Virus record (IMG/VR): IMGVR_UViG_3300032038_000034
Coordinates: 1-64,000 of that record
Direction: 5' to 3' (one strand)
From: a virus
Lineage: Duplodnaviria > Caudoviricetes
Length of the DNA stretch: 64,000 bases
This document shows, piece by piece, positions 35,342 through 44,196 of the stretch. Every line of letters begins with the position of its first letter. Positions within the stretch are counted from its first letter, which is position 1. The translations under genes were made by a program, and so were the position numbers. A model generated the notes under the pieces. The model was not told the origin of the DNA, did no database searches, and saw only the letters and a list, made by a program, of their open reading frames with translations.

Positions 35342-35556
35342 ACCAGCGGAACCCTCCTCGGCCAAAACTGAGGAGGGATGTAGACCTCAACAAGAAACAT
35401 ACTATCATTAAAAAAGATGGTACTGTTACATCTGTTGTAGGTTATGGTACACGTAATGCGTGTGCGGTATTTATAAACTCTCTCAAGGAAAATGCCAATA
35501 AACTCGGTATTAATTTAAAAGGTAATTATTTAATTCTTGGACATGAAGTAAGATGA
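35320..35556 (+). CDS. Hypothetical protein
   Basis: 78 aa, overlaps both neighbours. Confidence 0.6.
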   Translation: MQQGRIVNQRNPPRPKLRRDVDLNKKHTIIKKDGTVTSVVGYGTRNACAVFINSLKENANKLGINLKGNYLILGHEVR

Positions 35557-35939
35557 GAAGATTCGCCCCTTGCCAAGGAGTGCTTGGATCAGCATTAGAA
35601 AAAAAGTTTGAAGCTGCCACTAACGGCGGTTATTCATTCTTTGTTGATCCTGCTATAGATTATATCAGGCAGAAATACAATATACACATTTATAATAGTG
35701 CACCACCGTTTGTTACTCCTGTCACAAAAAAGGTTGTATATGCGTTCTCAGTTAAAGTATGTAATACTCAGCTAGGGTGGAACGGTAGAAAATCTCTCGG
35801 ATGTACCAAATGGTATTCAAACGTGTATCAAGCAAAACGAGCAGCGCTTAAAATAGCTCTCGACTGGATTCTGAGCCAGAAGTCTCAGAAAAGTAAAAGA
35901 ACCAAAAAAGCAATCAATGCAAATAGCAAAACAAAATAA
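35553..35939 (+). CDS. Hypothetical protein
   Basis: 128 aa; ATGA overlap. Confidence 0.7.
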   Translation: MRRFAPCQGVLGSALEKKFEAATNGGYSFFVDPAIDYIRQKYNIHIYNSAPPFVTPVTKKVVYAFSVKVCNTQLGWNGRKSLGCTKWYSNVYQAKRAALKIALDWILSQKSQKSKRTKKAINANSKTK

Positions 35940-36008
35940 AATCGATCCAGGTTTTTGGATTGGTTTGATTCTTATTGCATTATTCCTTTATATGTCAACA
36001 AAGTGCAA

Positions 36009-36404
36009 ATGAGAAAAGAACAGATTATAAGAAGAAAAGCTGTTAATGGCCGTCCAATCGGACCATATATGCGGATAACAGCGTTTCCTGATGCCCACCA
36101 TGTAGAAACGGCTGACATATCGTTATTAAGGAAAAACGTCTACCAGGTAAAGGTGGCCAAATTAGTAATCTCGGATAATATATTTAATCGAATTGCCGAC
36201 GGCAGGCAATCAGCGATTATTCATGACATGTGTCCGAGGTGGAAGAAACTACTTGACAACATCCCCGAAGTAATCCAATTCAGGTCTGAAAAGTACTCTA
36301 ACAAAACAATCGTATTCTCAATCGAATGTGTTAGAGTTGTGTATTATGGATGTGAGCGCATCAAACAGCTGCGTTTGCAGTTAGCAGAACACATTAATGT
36401 ATGA
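36009..36404 (+). CDS. Hypothetical protein, possible degenerate ASCH/PUA-like domain
   Basis: IFNRIADGRQ...PRWKKLL...VIQFRS...IVFSIECVRV resembles the ASCH spacing pattern; start uncertain (35955 or 36009). Confidence 0.5.
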   Translation: MRKEQIIRRKAVNGRPIGPYMRITAFPDAHHVETADISLLRKNVYQVKVAKLVISDNIFNRIADGRQSAIIHDMCPRWKKLLDNIPEVIQFRSEKYSNKTIVFSIECVRVVYYGCERIKQLRLQLAEHINV

Positions 36405-36592
36405 AAACAACTTACATTAAACCAGGACAACTAATAACCATCAGCAACGCTGTTTACAGAGCAAAAAAGCGAACTGGTGGTTGTACTGGGTGCGACTTAA
36501 ACGATGTGTTTACATGTCCATGTATGCCGGATTCAAGATTTGGAGCAAGGTATAACTGTTCCTTGCACGGGGTAATATTAAAGAAGATTTAA
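36401..36592 (+). CDS. Small Cys-rich (CxxC) protein
   Basis: GCTGCDL...CPC...CS; ATGA overlap. Confidence 0.65.
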   Translation: MKTTYIKPGQLITISNAVYRAKKRTGGCTGCDLNDVFTCPCMPDSRFGARYNCSLHGVILKKI

Positions 36593-36962
36593 TTCTTTTG
36601 TCATAATAATAATAGCTAAGGAACCTGTGGTCCGTGAGGATAGCAGGTTCAAATTAATAAATGCATAGAATGCAGCTGAGATCTGGAAACCTCAAGTCCA
36701 GACAACCAACTATTAAATAAACTCTTACATGGGTGACCGGTCTAGTTGGAGAATGCAGAGAGGGTGCATGCATGTTGCAAATTACACAAAATTTGTGTAA
36801 TTTTAGCAACCCCACAGTCGTAATAGAAATCCCGTGTCCCATAGTCGGATGAGAACTAGGCCGACACACGTAGCGACTATCGCTAGAGATAGCGCCTCTT
36901 CGGTAGTAAGGATGCTAAAACGTATGCCGTAAGTGCAACTGTGGGAACAATATTATATACAA

Positions 36963-37247
36963 ATGTTACATATGCTAGATTTAGTAGTTGTAATTGTCCT
37001 TGGCTCAGCACCAACGGTGAGTGAGCAAACTAAACAGGATCTTGAAGAAATGCAGCAAGATCTTAATAATGTTGTATACTACCTAAAAGATGCAAACTCA
37101 ATGATATCAAGGGTTGAGTTTATGACTGACACGCCTATAATAGAAAATGTAGGCCTGCCATCATGGTACAAGGACAAAGCAGTGGGTGTACTGATTTCAC
37201 CCAACATTAAAAAGGGCTTAAAAATGAACTCTAAATTCGTATTTTAA
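36963..37247 (+). CDS. Hypothetical protein
   Basis: ATG within track ORF 36933..37247, followed by a terminator. Confidence 0.65.
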   Translation: MLHMLDLVVVIVLGSAPTVSEQTKQDLEEMQQDLNNVVYYLKDANSMISRVEFMTDTPIIENVGLPSWYKDKAVGVLISPNIKKGLKMNSKFVF

Positions 37248-37267
37248 ATCCCTTTTACCTTGATAAC

Positions 37268-37297
37268 AGGAGTCGGCGACATTTGTCGGCTCCTTTG
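37268..37297 (+). terminator. Rho-independent terminator
   Basis: AGGAGTCGGC-GACATTT-GTCGGCTCCT-TT. Confidence 0.7.
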
Positions 37298-37569
37298 CTA
37301 TTTGTATATAATAATCTTATACGTCCGAGGTGGTTTGGAGGGGTACGAAATCACGCTTTCAGAGAGTAGTACATGTAGGACGTTTTTCTATGGTTTAGTG
37401 CTGTACCAGAAGATCGGTTGAATCAAGGGATATATGGTCTTCCCCCTCTCGTAACCGTGAAAACAGCACATCCTATATAATTTGTGTAGCAATCATTGCG
37501 GCGGCAATGTAGGGTGTACTTTGGGTGTTAGTTTTCGAGTCTTGGTTTTCCCCGTGCTACACAAATTAC

Positions 37570-37641
37570 GGTCTCATCGTCTATCGGTTAGGACGACAGA
37601 TTTTCATTCTGTAAAGAGGAGTTCGACTCTCCTTGAGACTA
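37570..37641 (+). tRNA. tRNA-Glu(UUC)
   Basis: GGTCTCA...ACAGA-TT-TTC-AT-TCTGT...AGGAG-TTCGACT-CTCCT-TGAGACT-A. Confidence 0.93.
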
Positions 37642-37709
37642 CAACAGGTTATTCCAAGTTTCCTTAAAACTGGACCAAACTTTAAGTTTTACAAAAAATC
37701 ATTATCAAA

Positions 37710-38222
37710 ATGAAAAAATTTATTTCTCTCTTAGGGGGAATCCTTATCGGATGCCTCCTGGCTCTGGGGGCAGTTTACCTCTATGAGACGAATGGTCCTG
37801 GTGCAGACAATCAGGAAAAGATGTATGAGTATGTAGACAGCCTTGTGCAGGCTACCAACCTGGATTATGCTAATCCGGTTATGGAAACCGCGGATGAAGT
37901 TGTTATCATGCGTGATCTTTATGCTGGTAAGAAGGCTGACGATGAAGTGTTCCTGTCAATGCCAGAAGATGTGCTAAGAAATGTGGCTGGAACACTGATT
38001 AAGCGGCAAGGGTCTGTATCTAAATCTGAACTTGTATTGGAATATACTCAAAACAAACAAGTTTATGACTACTTACCAACAAACACATCAGCACCGGATA
38101 GTATAAGCGCAGAACACAAGGATGTATCCAAAGTGCTATCTACGTCTTATCATAGGCGAACGGATACGATAGACGGCAAGCCTGTTAAAATCATGGTAAA
38201 AACTGAAGAATCAGTAGAGTGA
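37710..38222 (+). CDS. Membrane-anchored hypothetical protein
   Basis: N-terminal TM helix; 170 aa. Confidence 0.8.
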   Translation: MKKFISLLGGILIGCLLALGAVYLYETNGPGADNQEKMYEYVDSLVQATNLDYANPVMETADEVVIMRDLYAGKKADDEVFLSMPEDVLRNVAGTLIKRQGSVSKSELVLEYTQNKQVYDYLPTNTSAPDSISAEHKDVSKVLSTSYHRRTDTIDGKPVKIMVKTEESVE

Positions 38223-38692
38223 TTATGGAAAGCCGTGCTATTGTTATCCTATACAGCGGTAAGGAAACTCCTGCCGCTGTAATTGAAGCTATTGGAAATA
38301 CACTAGTAGCAAACGGTGTATGTATTCCAGAACTGCTTCAAGTTAAAGTGTTGGATGCCGATAGTGTTGCAAGCGCTATCGTTGCTCGTACAGTCCCCAG
38401 TGACACAAAACAAAAAGACAAAGATGCGTTAGAACACGCAATGAAGTTCTTGTCCACAACATTTGAGACCGAAATTCGAACTGCAAATAGTTCGGATGTC
38501 TTGGGTATATGTGTTTTGGATAGAGCCGTAAGAAAATGCATGAATAATGTAAATTACGGATTCAAAACAGAACTGCGTGCAGCATTAGAGATCATCAAAG
38601 CCGAAACCATATCTCAAAAGCTATGTAGAGCATATGGGTGGTCTATTAATGTATGGAAGGTGTTCAAACAAGCAGCTGAAGGGTATGTTTAG
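38219..38692 (+). CDS. Hypothetical protein; ends in TAG
   Basis: 157 aa track ORF. Confidence 0.75.
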   Translation: MIMESRAIVILYSGKETPAAVIEAIGNTLVANGVCIPELLQVKVLDADSVASAIVARTVPSDTKQKDKDALEHAMKFLSTTFETEIRTANSSDVLGICVLDRAVRKCMNNVNYGFKTELRAALEIIKAETISQKLCRAYGWSINVWKVFKQAAEGYV

Positions 38693-38847
38693 AAACAATA
38701 TCTATCGTTCAGGCAAAACTGTACGATATAAGGCTGCAGAACTACGTCACAAAGACGCAGTGCCTTACAAACGTGCAACCAAGCACAAAACCTCGTATGA
38801 GGAATATCAATAAAACTTTAAGTTAAACTTTTTAAATCATTATCAAA

Positions 38848-39366
38848 ATGGCAGAAAAGAAAGATGAAAAGAAGGCTCCCGCAACAAAGGAAGCCGAGGA
38901 GACAACAGTTGATGCAATTCGCACCGGTAACCAGATTACAGACGACGCTATTACAGCCGCCCTGTCTGAGATCAACAAAGAAAAGGACGATAACAAGAAG
39001 CGCGAGGCTAAGAAGCAGCTCTGTATCGCTACCTATGTAAACCGTAAGACTGTGCTCCAGCTCCAGCAGCGCCGTCGTGAGGATAAGATCACGAAGGAGA
39101 AGCTCGATGCTTCTAAGTCGCTTCTGGAAAGATTGCTCGGTGTCGAGTGTGAGATCAAGGATGGCGAATGCATCCCGACCAAGAAGAAGATTGACGCAAA
39201 ATTGCGTCTCACACCCGTCCAGCATGAGGCCGAGACCAAAAAGATGGAGGAGGAGTTCTCTAAGAAGGTATCTGAGTCCAACAAAGAGTTCGACACCGCT
39301 ATGCGCGAGTTGCGTAACTCTTACGAGGGTCAGTACCGTCACTATGTAGAGAATTACTGGTATTAA
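38848..39366 (+). CDS. Helical, charged hypothetical protein immediately upstream of the motif-array RNA
   Basis: 172 aa; strongly biased codons; TTATCAAA leader. Confidence 0.85.
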   Translation: MAEKKDEKKAPATKEAEETTVDAIRTGNQITDDAITAALSEINKEKDDNKKREAKKQLCIATYVNRKTVLQLQQRRREDKITKEKLDASKSLLERLLGVECEIKDGECIPTKKKIDAKLRLTPVQHEAETKKMEEEFSKKVSESNKEFDTAMRELRNSYEGQYRHYVENYWY

Positions 39367-39377
39367 TCCATCACCCA

Positions 39378-39714
39378 GGTCTTTAGACGTCGAGAACCTC
39401 CGAGTCAGTGACGTTAAAGTAATCGAAAAAGATGAGAGGCAGCGACCATTGCGTGTCCAGGAGCCTAGAGATCAAGTAGATACTATATATATGTGAATAG
39501 ACACATACGTAGAGAGCCCCCGAGCCATTACGTAAAGACCGCCACCGTCCTCACGGTGTAATAATATGAGGCCATTAGATCAAGTTTGCGATGTGCGAAC
39601 CATGAGTCGGTGCTCCAGTCTGAGATGGTATCAAAAGATTGACACTGCGTTGTATATCAAGAATGCGAACACATTCTATTGAGAACCCGCGAGTCAGTGA
39701 TAGGGCAATGTGTT
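39378..39714 (+). ncRNA. Candidate multi-hairpin RNA displaying repeated GARC-N3/4-GAGYC loops
   Basis: Motif at 39394, 39514, 39597, 39683; three copies have clear closing stems. Confidence 0.65.
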
Positions 39715-39859
39715 ATTATTGAGGCAAAATAAAAAGTCGTTTCTAAGCGTTCGACATGCTTAAGTGGACCAGCTACCCACAAGAGCATAGAAAATGCGTC
39801 AGAATGGCTTAAAATAGCCTTAAATCGAGTGTTTTGACTGATCATCAAGACATTCACAA

Positions 39860-40090
39860 GTAAGAATCTTAGCGTGTGTGAGGTAAACTGTTGTGACACG
39901 GGTTCGACCCCCGTACGCTCCACTAACAATAATAAAATTGGGGCGTAATTGGTATAGAACGCAGTGGAAGTAAACACATTAAGCGCTTTGATATAAAAAT
40001 TAACTGGCAATATTAACATTGCAGACTACACGGGCCTCCAGGAGGCAGCGTGAAGTCGGTGTACAGGCTACCTAAGTGCCTGTGAAACGA
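39860..40090 (+). ncRNA. ssrA: Circularly permuted (two-piece) tmRNA
   Basis: Acceptor piece ends GACACGGGTTCGACCCCCGTACGCTCC-A (39922) BEFORE the 5' piece GGGGCGT (39940); G3:U70 pair; tag ORF 40006-40053 GNINIADYTGLQEAA*. Outer ends approximate. Confidence 0.85.
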
Positions 40091-40148
40091 GAGTGAGTTA
40101 AACTGGGCATCTTCGGATGCGGTGGGTTCGAGTCCCACACTCACTCCA
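40091..40148 (+). ncRNA. tRNA-like element lacking D arm and anticodon
   Basis: GAGTGAGT/ACTCACTC 8-bp stem, GCATC-TTCG-GATGC, T arm GTGGG-TTCGAGT-CCCAC. Confidence 0.65.
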
Positions 40149-40212
40149 AAACGTCGTGAGACGCCGTATCTTTCGAATCTAATTACTTTTGCTCCACAGC
40201 GGTGGAGCATTT

Positions 40213-40286
40213 GGTTCCTTAGCTCAGCTGGATAGAGCAACAGATTTCTAATCTGTGGGTCAAAGGTTCGAATCCTTTAGGAATCA
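40213..40286 (+). tRNA. tRNA-Arg(UCU)
   Basis: GGTTCCT...ACAGA-TT-TCT-AA-TCTGT...AAAGG-TTCGAAT-CCTTT-AGGAATC-A. Confidence 0.93.
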
Positions 40287-40307
40287 CAAATTTAAAACAT
40301 AATCAAT

Positions 40308-40703
40308 ATGAGAACAATATCCTACGATTATTTCTGTAACATCTCAGTAAAATTAGAAAAATTTGTTACAGAGAACCCAAAAGTATTAAGTTCACCAGGC
40401 AAATTGCAAAACAAATTACACCTTGCATCAAATAATTGTAAGGAATTACACAAAATTGCTCAACTTTATTGGAGTGGTTGTGTACCATTGAGAAGATTAG
40501 TATTGTCCATCATTGTTGTAAAATTTTGGAAAGATAGTGTAATATTTGAAAATTGTATGGGAGATTGTGCAGTATACCAATATATGGTAGCTAGATACGA
40601 ACCACATCTGCCATATGCAAGGGCAGATATATACACAAAAGCAAAAAGCTTGGAAAAATTTATGTTTGATACATGGGAAAACAAGGATATCGAGAAATGT
40701 TGA
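40308..40703 (+). CDS. Hypothetical protein
   Basis: 131 aa track ORF. Confidence 0.65.
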   Translation: MRTISYDYFCNISVKLEKFVTENPKVLSSPGKLQNKLHLASNNCKELHKIAQLYWSGCVPLRRLVLSIIVVKFWKDSVIFENCMGDCAVYQYMVARYEPHLPYARADIYTKAKSLEKFMFDTWENKDIEKC

Positions 40704-41209
40704 GGGACAGATGTCCTAAAACAGTCGATGACGCTTTGAAATGGCAAAAAGCCAAAGATAAGTGGGTAGAACATACTTATTGTCATTTTGTACGTATTGT
40801 AGGTGACAAATACAGTTCTGAGAACAAATTGTTACAGAAAGCTCCTGAGAATAAGAAGGAGATTGTACGTGCAATTCTCGGTATTGTAAAAGGGAAACCG
40901 AAGAATTTCGTATTCGACAAAAGTATTGATTGGGACGACCTTACTGATGAAGAACGTGTATTTTGGAAGCGCGTTTCATCATGGGTATCGTGGTTCAGCT
41001 CTGAGTATGCATATATCCAAAATGCATACAATATCTCTAAAAAGGCAGGTAAAGATGATATGTCTATTAAAGTAGAAATCATCAATACCTACCTGAACGC
41101 ATTTATGCCTTCAAAAAATGCTGATGAAGAAGAAAAACAAGCTAAATACGCATATGTAGATAGGCTTGTGAATTATTTGATTCGGTGCTTAGAAAGGGAT
41201 TATGTGTAG
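40673..41209 (+). CDS. Hypothetical protein
   Basis: 178 aa track ORF. Confidence 0.75.
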   Translation: MGKQGYREMLRDRCPKTVDDALKWQKAKDKWVEHTYCHFVRIVGDKYSSENKLLQKAPENKKEIVRAILGIVKGKPKNFVFDKSIDWDDLTDEERVFWKRVSSWVSWFSSEYAYIQNAYNISKKAGKDDMSIKVEIINTYLNAFMPSKNADEEEKQAKYAYVDRLVNYLIRCLERDYV

Positions 41210-41624
41210 TATATTTTCCAAATATTTGTTACCCTTAGGGGTAAACGATGCAGATGCTAAGCCTAGCGTAGTTTATGATCATTTGCGTATCGCATACAAT
41301 CAAGGCGCAAGGGGTATATTAGACAACGCTAACGTGTTTGCATTAGAGGACGGTGAAATTAATTGTGACGTGTTGTATGAAATCTGGAGGAATGAAGGCC
41401 TTCATGATGTTCTAACGTGGGTAAATAAAAAGATTACTCTACGTTTGGGAATCGCTGACTATCGAACGATAGGTGTTCGAATGCGAATTGCAACCGGTAT
41501 GCTAAATAAATTAGTAAGTGAAGGACGTTTATCTAGAAAAATGAATATAACAATTCACAACAATTTCATTACAGTGATCAATGGTGAGCTTTCTGCTATA
41601 AATACAGAAGACTTGCCATTTTAG
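41202..41624 (+). CDS. Hypothetical protein with C-terminal EDLPF; ends in TAG
   Basis: 140 aa; SSB-type acidic tip. Confidence 0.75.
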   Translation: MCSIFSKYLLPLGVNDADAKPSVVYDHLRIAYNQGARGILDNANVFALEDGEINCDVLYEIWRNEGLHDVLTWVNKKITLRLGIADYRTIGVRMRIATGMLNKLVSEGRLSRKMNITIHNNFITVINGELSAINTEDLPF

Positions 41625-41726
41625 CCCCGACAACCTAACCCGGATTGGTATTCCGGCGGGGCACTAAGCGTTTCGGTTCCGCGTACAGGAGTGACACCTT
41701 AATAAACCGAGTAAATTTGTTTGATT

Positions 41727-42290
41727 ATGAACCCACGTATTACCCCCGAGGAAGTTGGGATGATCAAAAGAGCTCAAGCAGGTGATGAATCTGCATTTAA
41801 TGCGCTTTTCTATAGGTACAAAGGATTTGTGGAGAATCTCCTCTTTCACTATCTTAAAGATATGGATGAGGCCAAAGACGTTGCAAATATCGTCTTTTTG
41901 AAAGTGCATCAAAAACTCTCTAAATTCACAGCATATGACTCCTTTGGAGGATGGCTGAGAATTTTAACTAATCGTACTGCTATTGACTATTTGCGTTCAC
42001 AAGAAAACAAAAGAGTGGCACCTGATGCGAAAGAAGAAAGACTAACTTCAGACGTTCAGGGTTCTACTGAAGATGACCTAGTCAACCATCTGACGTATAA
42101 AGAACTGCTACCTGAGTTCAACAAGTTGCCAGAGATCACTCGTAAGATCTTCACAATGTTCTATGTGAATAATAATACCATAGAAGAGATTAGTAATTCG
42201 TTCAATCCGAAAATCCCAACAGGAACTATTAAGTCAACGTTGTCGAGAACTAGGAAAAAGTTAAAACAACGCTTAAAATTAAAAGTATGA
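41727..42290 (+). CDS. ECF-type sigma-70 family RNA polymerase sigma factor
   Basis: AQAGDESAFNALFYRY, EAKDVANIVFLKV, SFGGWLRILTNRTAIDYLR, IPTGTIKSTLSRTRKKLK. Confidence 0.93.
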   Translation: MNPRITPEEVGMIKRAQAGDESAFNALFYRYKGFVENLLFHYLKDMDEAKDVANIVFLKVHQKLSKFTAYDSFGGWLRILTNRTAIDYLRSQENKRVAPDAKEERLTSDVQGSTEDDLVNHLTYKELLPEFNKLPEITRKIFTMFYVNNNTIEEISNSFNPKIPTGTIKSTLSRTRKKLKQRLKLKV

Positions 42291-42700
42291 CATTCTTAAT
42301 GTTCGTTCTCGGAATAATTATTATTGCCGGTATCGCACGATACAATCAAAGCAATAAGTTATTCTGGACCCTGTTCATAGCCTTTGTATTAGGCTTTGCA
42401 GGTAAGAAGCTCGTGAATGACACGTTCTTCTCGGAGAAGGAACAAAGTGGAACGTCGCTCAACCAGGCGTACCCCACACAAGGGCTCGCAGTATCGTTAG
42501 ACTCAAACATGTGTCTATTCACAAACGAAAACTGTTCAGCAACCGATGTGGAAACACAAAACCTTGTGAGTCAGGAATATACGCCTGATTTTGTTGAGCA
42601 TACTCCCACTTTGAGTAATGTCCCTGGGGTGACTCAGTGGATAAACCTTCACATTCTTCCAAACCCACCAAATGATATAATACCTCATGATACCTCATGA
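42287..42700 (+). CDS. Two-TM membrane protein coupled to the sigma gene
   Basis: Two N-terminal hydrophobic helices; ATGA overlap with sigma. Confidence 0.75.
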   Translation: MTFLMFVLGIIIIAGIARYNQSNKLFWTLFIAFVLGFAGKKLVNDTFFSEKEQSGTSLNQAYPTQGLAVSLDSNMCLFTNENCSATDVETQNLVSQEYTPDFVEHTPTLSNVPGVTQWINLHILPNPPNDIIPHDTS

Positions 42701-42784
42701 AAGTATCATCTATCTACGTGGAATTGGTTATAGTTAAGCAGACTAACCACCTGCAAGTAATTAATTTATAAACACATTATCAAA

Positions 42785-44167
42785 ATGGGTAAAAACACTA
42801 AAAGTGCTGCACAAGCTGCAGCAGAACAGGCTGCTCCCGCAACTACCACTCGTCTTGACGGAGGTAAGTTAGAGACTCCTGCAACAAAGGGTCTCTCACA
42901 GGGAGAAAAAGTAAACTACATCGCAGCCATTCAGACTGAGCGCGCATTCATGATGCAGAACGTCGAGAATCCGTCTCAGAGCATGATCGATGGCTTCACG
43001 TTGCTCGCACAGGCAACTATTCTCGATGTAGCAGTTGGCGAAATCGCCACTGGTAGAAGTGTTGTCGGAAACATTATTACCGCAAACGAGAACAATTACA
43101 AGGCGCTTCAGGCAATGGCTTTGGAGCGTGGTATTAAACTTCCTGAGTACAAGGCTCTGCCTGCTCCTACAGAAGAGCAGCTGAAGATTCACGGCCTTCT
43201 CGACATTAAGCCCGCCGACGCTAAGGTTCTTAACGTTGAAGCGAGTAACGTGTCTGACCGCGCAATCGAGCAGAAGAAGAAGGAGATCGCCGCTGTCGCC
43301 AAGGCAGTTGACAATCCTGCAGAGATAAAGACGAAGGAACAGTTGAAGGCCTCTTTGACCGCTATGCTGGTTAAGCCTATCACAGACGGTATCGACCGTC
43401 CTGATGCTCGTGTACAGCGCACTATCAAGTTCTATCGTGGTTATTTGACCATCCAGGCCAATGCCGCAGAGGACAAGAAGACTGCTCTGGAGGAGATGAA
43501 GGCTAAGACTCGCCAGGATATGCTGAACGAGATTGCCGAGATCGTTGGTCCATGTCCGTTCTCTCTTAACGGTACCGCCTACTTTCTTCGCAAGCGTGCC
43601 ATTGAGACCGGTTCTCCTATCTCCGCATTCTGCCTCTATCGTCGTAGTGCCGTTCCTGAAAAGGATAATGCCATTGACGATTCTTACGTGGCTGACATAA
43701 CACGTATTCTCTTGCTCTGGTCTTGCAACAGCCGTATCGCTGAATGCAATTCTATCCTGAAGGAGCAGAAGAAGCACGTTGAGAACGAGACTGGCGCTGC
43801 TAAGGCAGCTACAGAAGCCGCTATTCGTTACAACGAAGCAGCTATCGAAGAGATGAAGCAGGTTATCGAGTGGGTTAACAATCCTACATTCGATATCGTA
43901 GACAGTCTGGTTGAAGACTACAATGCAGAAGACCAGGAGTCTGAGAAGTGCAAACTTGCTCACCGCATCGTCTCTAACATCATGTCCACCTATTATCCTG
44001 AGATCGATATCAAGAAGGCAGACAAGGATAGCATGTTGAAGAATGTTCAGCAGCGTGCTGGTATCATTATCAACATGTTCCGTGGTCCTCTTGCTCAGTC
44101 TATCTCTTACGCAGAGGGTAACCTGACGGATATCATTGTTTCTGAGGAGGAGAATGGAGGCGAATAA
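42785..44167 (+). CDS. Abundant hypothetical protein, 460 aa
   Basis: Strong codon bias; TTATCAAA leader. Confidence 0.85.
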   Translation: MGKNTKSAAQAAAEQAAPATTTRLDGGKLETPATKGLSQGEKVNYIAAIQTERAFMMQNVENPSQSMIDGFTLLAQATILDVAVGEIATGRSVVGNIITANENNYKALQAMALERGIKLPEYKALPAPTEEQLKIHGLLDIKPADAKVLNVEASNVSDRAIEQKKKEIAAVAKAVDNPAEIKTKEQLKASLTAMLVKPITDGIDRPDARVQRTIKFYRGYLTIQANAAEDKKTALEEMKAKTRQDMLNEIAEIVGPCPFSLNGTAYFLRKRAIETGSPISAFCLYRRSAVPEKDNAIDDSYVADITRILLLWSCNSRIAECNSILKEQKKHVENETGAAKAATEAAIRYNEAAIEEMKQVIEWVNNPTFDIVDSLVEDYNAEDQESEKCKLAHRIVSNIMSTYYPEIDIKKADKDSMLKNVQQRAGIIINMFRGPLAQSISYAEGNLTDIIVSEEENGGE

Positions 44168-44196
44168 TATTTGTTCTCTCTAAATCTATCAAAGAC

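Larger units (their letters stand above)
33252..36650 (+). repeat. Four dispersed intergenic hairpins with core GTCYGKGARGAT (GNRA-capped)
   Basis: 33252-33277, 34244-34275, 34790-34819, 36621-36650; outer stems differ in sequence but all pair. Confidence 0.75.

Noticed and set aside
36840-36880. Group I intron core (TAGTC/GACTA)
   Set aside because: P7-like elements are in the wrong order on both strands and no host gene is interrupted.
39378-39714. CRISPR array or TIGR-like guide array
   Set aside because: Repeats are short (13-14 nt), degenerate, unevenly spaced (83-120 nt) and sit in loops; no cas or Nop-domain gene is recognisable nearby.
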